A stretch of DNA of 64,000 bases from Nitrospirota bacterium (GTDB taxonomy: Bacteria; Nitrospirota; Nitrospiria; 2-01-FULL-66-17), in contig JBMOMC010000006.1 of NCBI GenBank assembly GCA_049325335.1, positions 96,001-160,000 on the forward strand, in the 5' to 3' direction. The position numbers and the translations under genes are program-made. The notes below the pieces were generated by a model, which had not been told where the DNA came from, did no database searches, and saw only the letters and a program-made list of their open reading frames with translations. This document shows, piece by piece, positions 60,678 to 64,000 of the stretch. Every line of letters begins with the position of its first letter. The first letter of the stretch is position 1.

Positions 60678-61493
60678 ATGTGGCTCGACAGTCAGGCCAT
60701 CGTGTTGGCGGGCCAGAAACTCGGCGAATCCGACACCGTGGTGACGCTGCTGACCTTGGAGCGCGGGTTGCTCAAGGGCGTGGCCAAGGGCGCGCGGCGG
60801 ATGAAGAGCCGGTTTGGCGGCGCGATTCAGCCGTTCACCTACGGACAGGCCGTGCTGTTCGAGCGCCGTGCCACGGGGCTGCGCTCGCTCAACCATTTTG
60901 ATCCGATCCATTCGTTCCAGCGCCTGCGTGAGGAGTTCGACCGGTTGAGCGACGCGGCGGTCCTGGCCAACGCGGCGCGACGCCTGCTTCCGGAAGACCA
61001 ACCAGCCCCCGACGCGTTCGCGGTGCTGCTCAAGGCGCTCCGATCGCTGGAAGCCGGGCGCGACCGGGACGGGGGCGTGTTGTGTTGGGCGTTGTTGTCG
61101 TTGCTGCAAGCCGCCGGGTACCAACCGAGGGTGGATCGCTGTTTGGCTGGACGCCACGGCCCACGGTCCGCAACGGTCTCCGGCCGGTGGCTGTTCGTGC
61201 CCCATGTGGGCGGCGCGGTGTGCCCGTCCTGCGGGCTGGATGCGGTGTCAGGCCCGACCGGCCCGGCCACCGCGTTTGCCATGACGCCGGGCGCGCACGC
61301 GCTCTTGCGCCAGGCCCTTCGGATGCCGCCCGCGCTGCGGGCCAGGCTATCGGCCGGGCACGCCGTTGTTCGGGAGGTCAGGGTCCTGCTCGAAGCCTGT
61401 ATTGCCGAACGCGGACGACGCCTGGTGAAACGCCCGGTGCCGGATCGTTCGGCGGTTCCGCCGGTGAATGTCCGGAAGCCCCGCCACGTCTAA
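60678..61493 (+). CDS. recO: DNA repair protein RecO
   Basis: AIVL....GESD..V.LLT..RG....VAKGARR.KSRF, GYQP. Confidence 0.92.
   Translation: MWLDSQAIVLAGQKLGESDTVVTLLTLERGLLKGVAKGARRMKSRFGGAIQPFTYGQAVLFERRATGLRSLNHFDPIHSFQRLREEFDRLSDAAVLANAARRLLPEDQPAPDAFAVLLKALRSLEAGRDRDGGVLCWALLSLLQAAGYQPRVDRCLAGRHGPRSATVSGRWLFVPHVGGAVCPSCGLDAVSGPTGPATAFAMTPGAHALLRQALRMPPALRARLSAGHAVVREVRVLLEACIAERGRRLVKRPVPDRSAVPPVNVRKPRHV
61465..61493 (+). promoter_or_regulatory. ECF-sigma autoregulatory promoter
   Basis: TGAATG, N16, CGTCTAA; same motif at 63174-63202. Confidence 0.7.
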
Positions 61494-61518
61494 TGTCGCG
61501 ACGGAGATGAGGACGGTG

Positions 61519-62124
61519 ATGAACGCGGCCTCGTCGAGCCCGCCGGTGGTCGATGACGACGGTCAGTGGGTCGCCAAGGCGCAACGCGGGGACGAGCACG
61601 CGTTCGGGGAGCTGGTAATCCGGTATCGGACCCGCATGTACCAGGTGGCCTACGGCATGGTCAATCACCACGAGACCGCGATGGATCTCGCGCAGGAGGG
61701 GTTTCTGCGCGCGTACCAGCATCTGGCCGCGTTCCGTGGCGAGGCCAAGTTCTCGACGTGGCTGCGGCGGATCGTCACCAACGTGTGTTTGGATTACGTG
61801 CGGCGGGCCGAACACCGCACCGCGACCGCGTCGTACGACGAAACACGGGCCGAAGACGACGATCCCGACGGGGTGAGTTTGGCTGGCGCGTTGGATCCGC
61901 CGGACGCGAGGGTCACGCGCCGCGAACTCGGGCTCGCGATTCTGGAGGCGATGCGGGCGTTGACGCCGGAGCAGCGGGCCGCGATTGTGTTGCGCGAAGT
62001 GGAGGAGATGTCGTACGAGGAGATCGCCAAGACCATGGACTGCGCCGTGGGCACCGTGATGTCGCGACTACACTATGCTCGCAAGCGGCTGCAGTCCCTG
62101 TTGCGGGAACACCATGAGCGGTGA
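61519..62124 (+). CDS. ECF RNA polymerase sigma factor
   Basis: GD..AF.ELV..Y, DLAQE.F, KFSTWL.RI, SYEEIA, GTVMSRLHYAR. Confidence 0.93.
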   Translation: MNAASSSPPVVDDDGQWVAKAQRGDEHAFGELVIRYRTRMYQVAYGMVNHHETAMDLAQEGFLRAYQHLAAFRGEAKFSTWLRRIVTNVCLDYVRRAEHRTATASYDETRAEDDDPDGVSLAGALDPPDARVTRRELGLAILEAMRALTPEQRAAIVLREVEEMSYEEIAKTMDCAVGTVMSRLHYARKRLQSLLREHHER

Positions 62125-62647
62125 CCACACGATGAGCGGTTCGGGCGAGTGCGACGCGATTGCCCCGTTGTTGAGCGCGTGGGTTGACGGCGAGGTATTC
62201 GGCCGCGAACGGGCGCTGGTTGAGCGCCACGTGGCGGGTTGCGCGCGTTGCCGAACCGTGGCGGGCGACTACCGCGTGATCGGCGCGACATTGTCCGTCG
62301 CGACCCATCGCGCCGCGGCGCGCGACCTGTCCGCGATCGCGTGGCCCCCGATTCCGGCGAGCGCGCCGATTCGCGTCGAGCCCGCCTTGACACCCCGGCG
62401 GCGCCTCCTCTATGATGTCGCGCGCTGGTTCAATCCCTGGCCGGTCTTTGCGGGCGCGGCCGCGATGGTGGCGTTGATCGTGGGCATCGGCCTGTGGCGG
62501 CCCTCGCTTCCCGAGGCGTTGGTGGAAATCGAGCGCCTCGACGCGGCAGGGCCGGTGATGGTGCTGACCGGCGGCGACGGCCGCACCACGATCATTTGGT
62601 TAGTTGATCCCGAAGAAACCCCGCAGCCAGAGGCAGCCCCGATATGA
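62114..62647 (+). CDS. Zinc-binding (ZAS, zf-HC2) anti-sigma factor, membrane anchored
   Basis: LLSAWVDGE, HVAGCARC (HxxxCxxC), one TM helix. Confidence 0.88.
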   Translation: MSGDHTMSGSGECDAIAPLLSAWVDGEVFGRERALVERHVAGCARCRTVAGDYRVIGATLSVATHRAAARDLSAIAWPPIPASAPIRVEPALTPRRRLLYDVARWFNPWPVFAGAAAMVALIVGIGLWRPSLPEALVEIERLDAAGPVMVLTGGDGRTTIIWLVDPEETPQPEAAPI

Positions 62648-63093
62648 CACGTACGATACTCGTCGCCATATGGATCGTCGTCGCCGGCTCGCTGAGCCTT
62701 GCCGTCAGCGGCTGGGCCGCGGATCAGCCAGTGAAATTGACGGTGCAGGTCGTTCAGGCGTCGAATCAAGGCGCAACCGTTGATCCCGCGTTGGCCAAGA
62801 TCCGCGCGCAGTTGTCTTCGTTGAAATTCAGCAGTTACCGGCTCCTTGAAACCCACCCCTTGTCCACCACGGTCGGCGCCAAACACGCGGTGGCGCTGCC
62901 GGGCGGACGCACCATGGATCTTTATCCATACGGCGTTTCCGGCGGGAGTTTGGAAGTGCTCGTCACCATTACGGACGGCGCCAAACGCATCCTCGACACC
63001 ACGGTCAGGCTCCCCAACAACGGCACCATCGTGGTGGGCGGACCGTCGCATGGCGACGGCGTGTTGATCGTCGCGCTCTCCGGCTCGTTCTAG
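62644..63093 (+). CDS. Secreted hypothetical protein in the ECF operon
   Basis: Signal peptide; beta-rich; coupled to the anti-sigma stop. Confidence 0.7.
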   Translation: MTRTILVAIWIVVAGSLSLAVSGWAADQPVKLTVQVVQASNQGATVDPALAKIRAQLSSLKFSSYRLLETHPLSTTVGAKHAVALPGGRTMDLYPYGVSGGSLEVLVTITDGAKRILDTTVRLPNNGTIVVGGPSHGDGVLIVALSGSF

Positions 63094-63173
63094 CTCCAGC
63101 CGTACGCCACTCCCCGTGCGGGCGCTCGCGGCGTCTTGCAACCCGCCTCACCAGCTACCCCCCAGTCCGGCAT

Positions 63174-63202
63174 TGAATAATCGATCGGCCACCGTCGTCT
63201 GA
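63174..63202 (+). promoter_or_regulatory. ECF-sigma target promoter
   Basis: TGAATA, N16, CGTCTGA. Confidence 0.7.
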
Positions 63203-63237
63203 TTGGCCGTAGACCGACACGCGTAAGGAGGGGTGCC

Positions 63238-64000
63238 ATGGTACGAACACTGCTGTGGGGAATGATCGTCGGCGTCGCGATCTGGGGTGCGGGACTGAAC
63301 ACGGTATTCGCGCACGATGAGGCGTGGGAGGACCGCTGGGATGAGGCGTCGGATGTGGAGGCCGCTCCGGACTTGGATCGGTTGTCGGCGTACGGGGAGT
63401 GGGTGTGGGAGCCCGCGCACGGCCGCGTATGGCGGCCGTATGTGGAGGCGGATTGGCGGCCGTATTGGCGCGGCCACTGGAGCCGGCGCAACGAGTGGGT
63501 CTGGGTCTCGGCCGATCCCTGGGGCAATGCGCCGTTTCATTACGGGGAGTGGGCGTGGTCCCTTCGGTTCGGGTGGGTGTGGATTCCCGGCACGGTGTGG
63601 TCGCCCGCGCGGGTCACGTGGATCGTGGACGGACCGGTCATCGCCTGGGCGCCGGCCGGCCTGCACATCACGATAGGATCCGATCCCAGATTTTGGGTGT
63701 ATGCGGACATCGACCACTTCAACCGGCACATCGTGCGTCCGCATCGTCTGCCCCCGGCGTACCGGCACGTGCACCGCGGCGCGGTGATCCGGGACGTTGA
63801 CCGCGTGGTAGCGCCGCATCGCCCGCCGAAACGCACGTTCCGGAACGAACGTTCGCGGGAGCGCACGCACATGGTCAGCGACGAACGCCGCGTCAGTCCT
63901 CCGCGAGACCACCGTCCGAACCGCCGGTTCACCGTCGAGTCGCCCCGCGAACCAAACCGGGGCGCGGGCGTAGGACGAGGATTCGACCGGCGCGACGCCC
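63238..64000 (+). CDS. DUF6600-like Trp-rich secreted protein, partial (not in the ORF track)
   Basis: RBS AAGGAGG; manual translation MVRTLLWG...LSAYGEW...GRVWRP....DWRPY..GHW....WVWVS.DPWG.APFHYGEW...GWVWIPG..WSPA.V.W; open to the window end. Confidence 0.85.
   Translation, partial: MVRTLLWGMIVGVAIWGAGLNTVFAHDEAWEDRWDEASDVEAAPDLDRLSAYGEWVWEPAHGRVWRPYVEADWRPYWRGHWSRRNEWVWVSADPWGNAPFHYGEWAWSLRFGWVWIPGTVWSPARVTWIVDGPVIAWAPAGLHITIGSDPRFWVYADIDHFNRHIVRPHRLPPAYRHVHRGAVIRDVDRVVAPHRPPKRTFRNERSRERTHMVSDERRVSPPRDHRPNRRFTVESPREPNRGAGVGRGFDRRDA

Overview
This is a GC-rich bacterial window; gene order and MITE style suggest Nitrospirota (inference). It has three parts. (1) 1-14.5 kb is a metal-homeostasis island. 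It starts with the 5' end of a Cyc2-like cytochrome-porin gene (minus strand, missed by the ORF track). Divergent from it are czcCBA + P-II-like + DUF4124 + P1B-4 ATPase, and then an outer-membrane barrel + ZnuABC-like uptake operon. Each operon is led by a secreted, metal-ligand-rich leader ORF that ends in a proline arrest-type motif (FHPP or RGPP). The last codons of each leader are complementary to the downstream Shine-Dalgarno, which suggests a pair of metal-sensing ribosome-stalling switches. (2) 14.8-38.2 kb is the right part of an F-type integrative conjugative element integrated at tRNA-Phe(GAA). It carries traU-trbC-traN-traF-traH-traG, a putative entry-exclusion gene, BrnTA, ParMR with palindromic repeats, ssb/radC/UvrD/PD-(D/E)XK/candidate annealase/DUF932, an AEP primase, Xis and a tyrosine integrase. 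The integrase ORF reads through the att site and the tRNA. (3) 38.3-64 kb is core chromosome: metG, PSP1, holB, tmk, SMC-like ATPase, DUF502, glmU, glmS, pcrA, gatC, panD, a CCA-type nucleotidyltransferase, gatAB, eno, ftsB, era, mgtE, recO, an ECF sigma/ZAS anti-sigma pair and a DUF6600 protein. This part also has GTAG-type REPs, two related MITEs flanking mgtE and two matching ECF promoters. All calls come from reading motifs by eye; no database searches were run.
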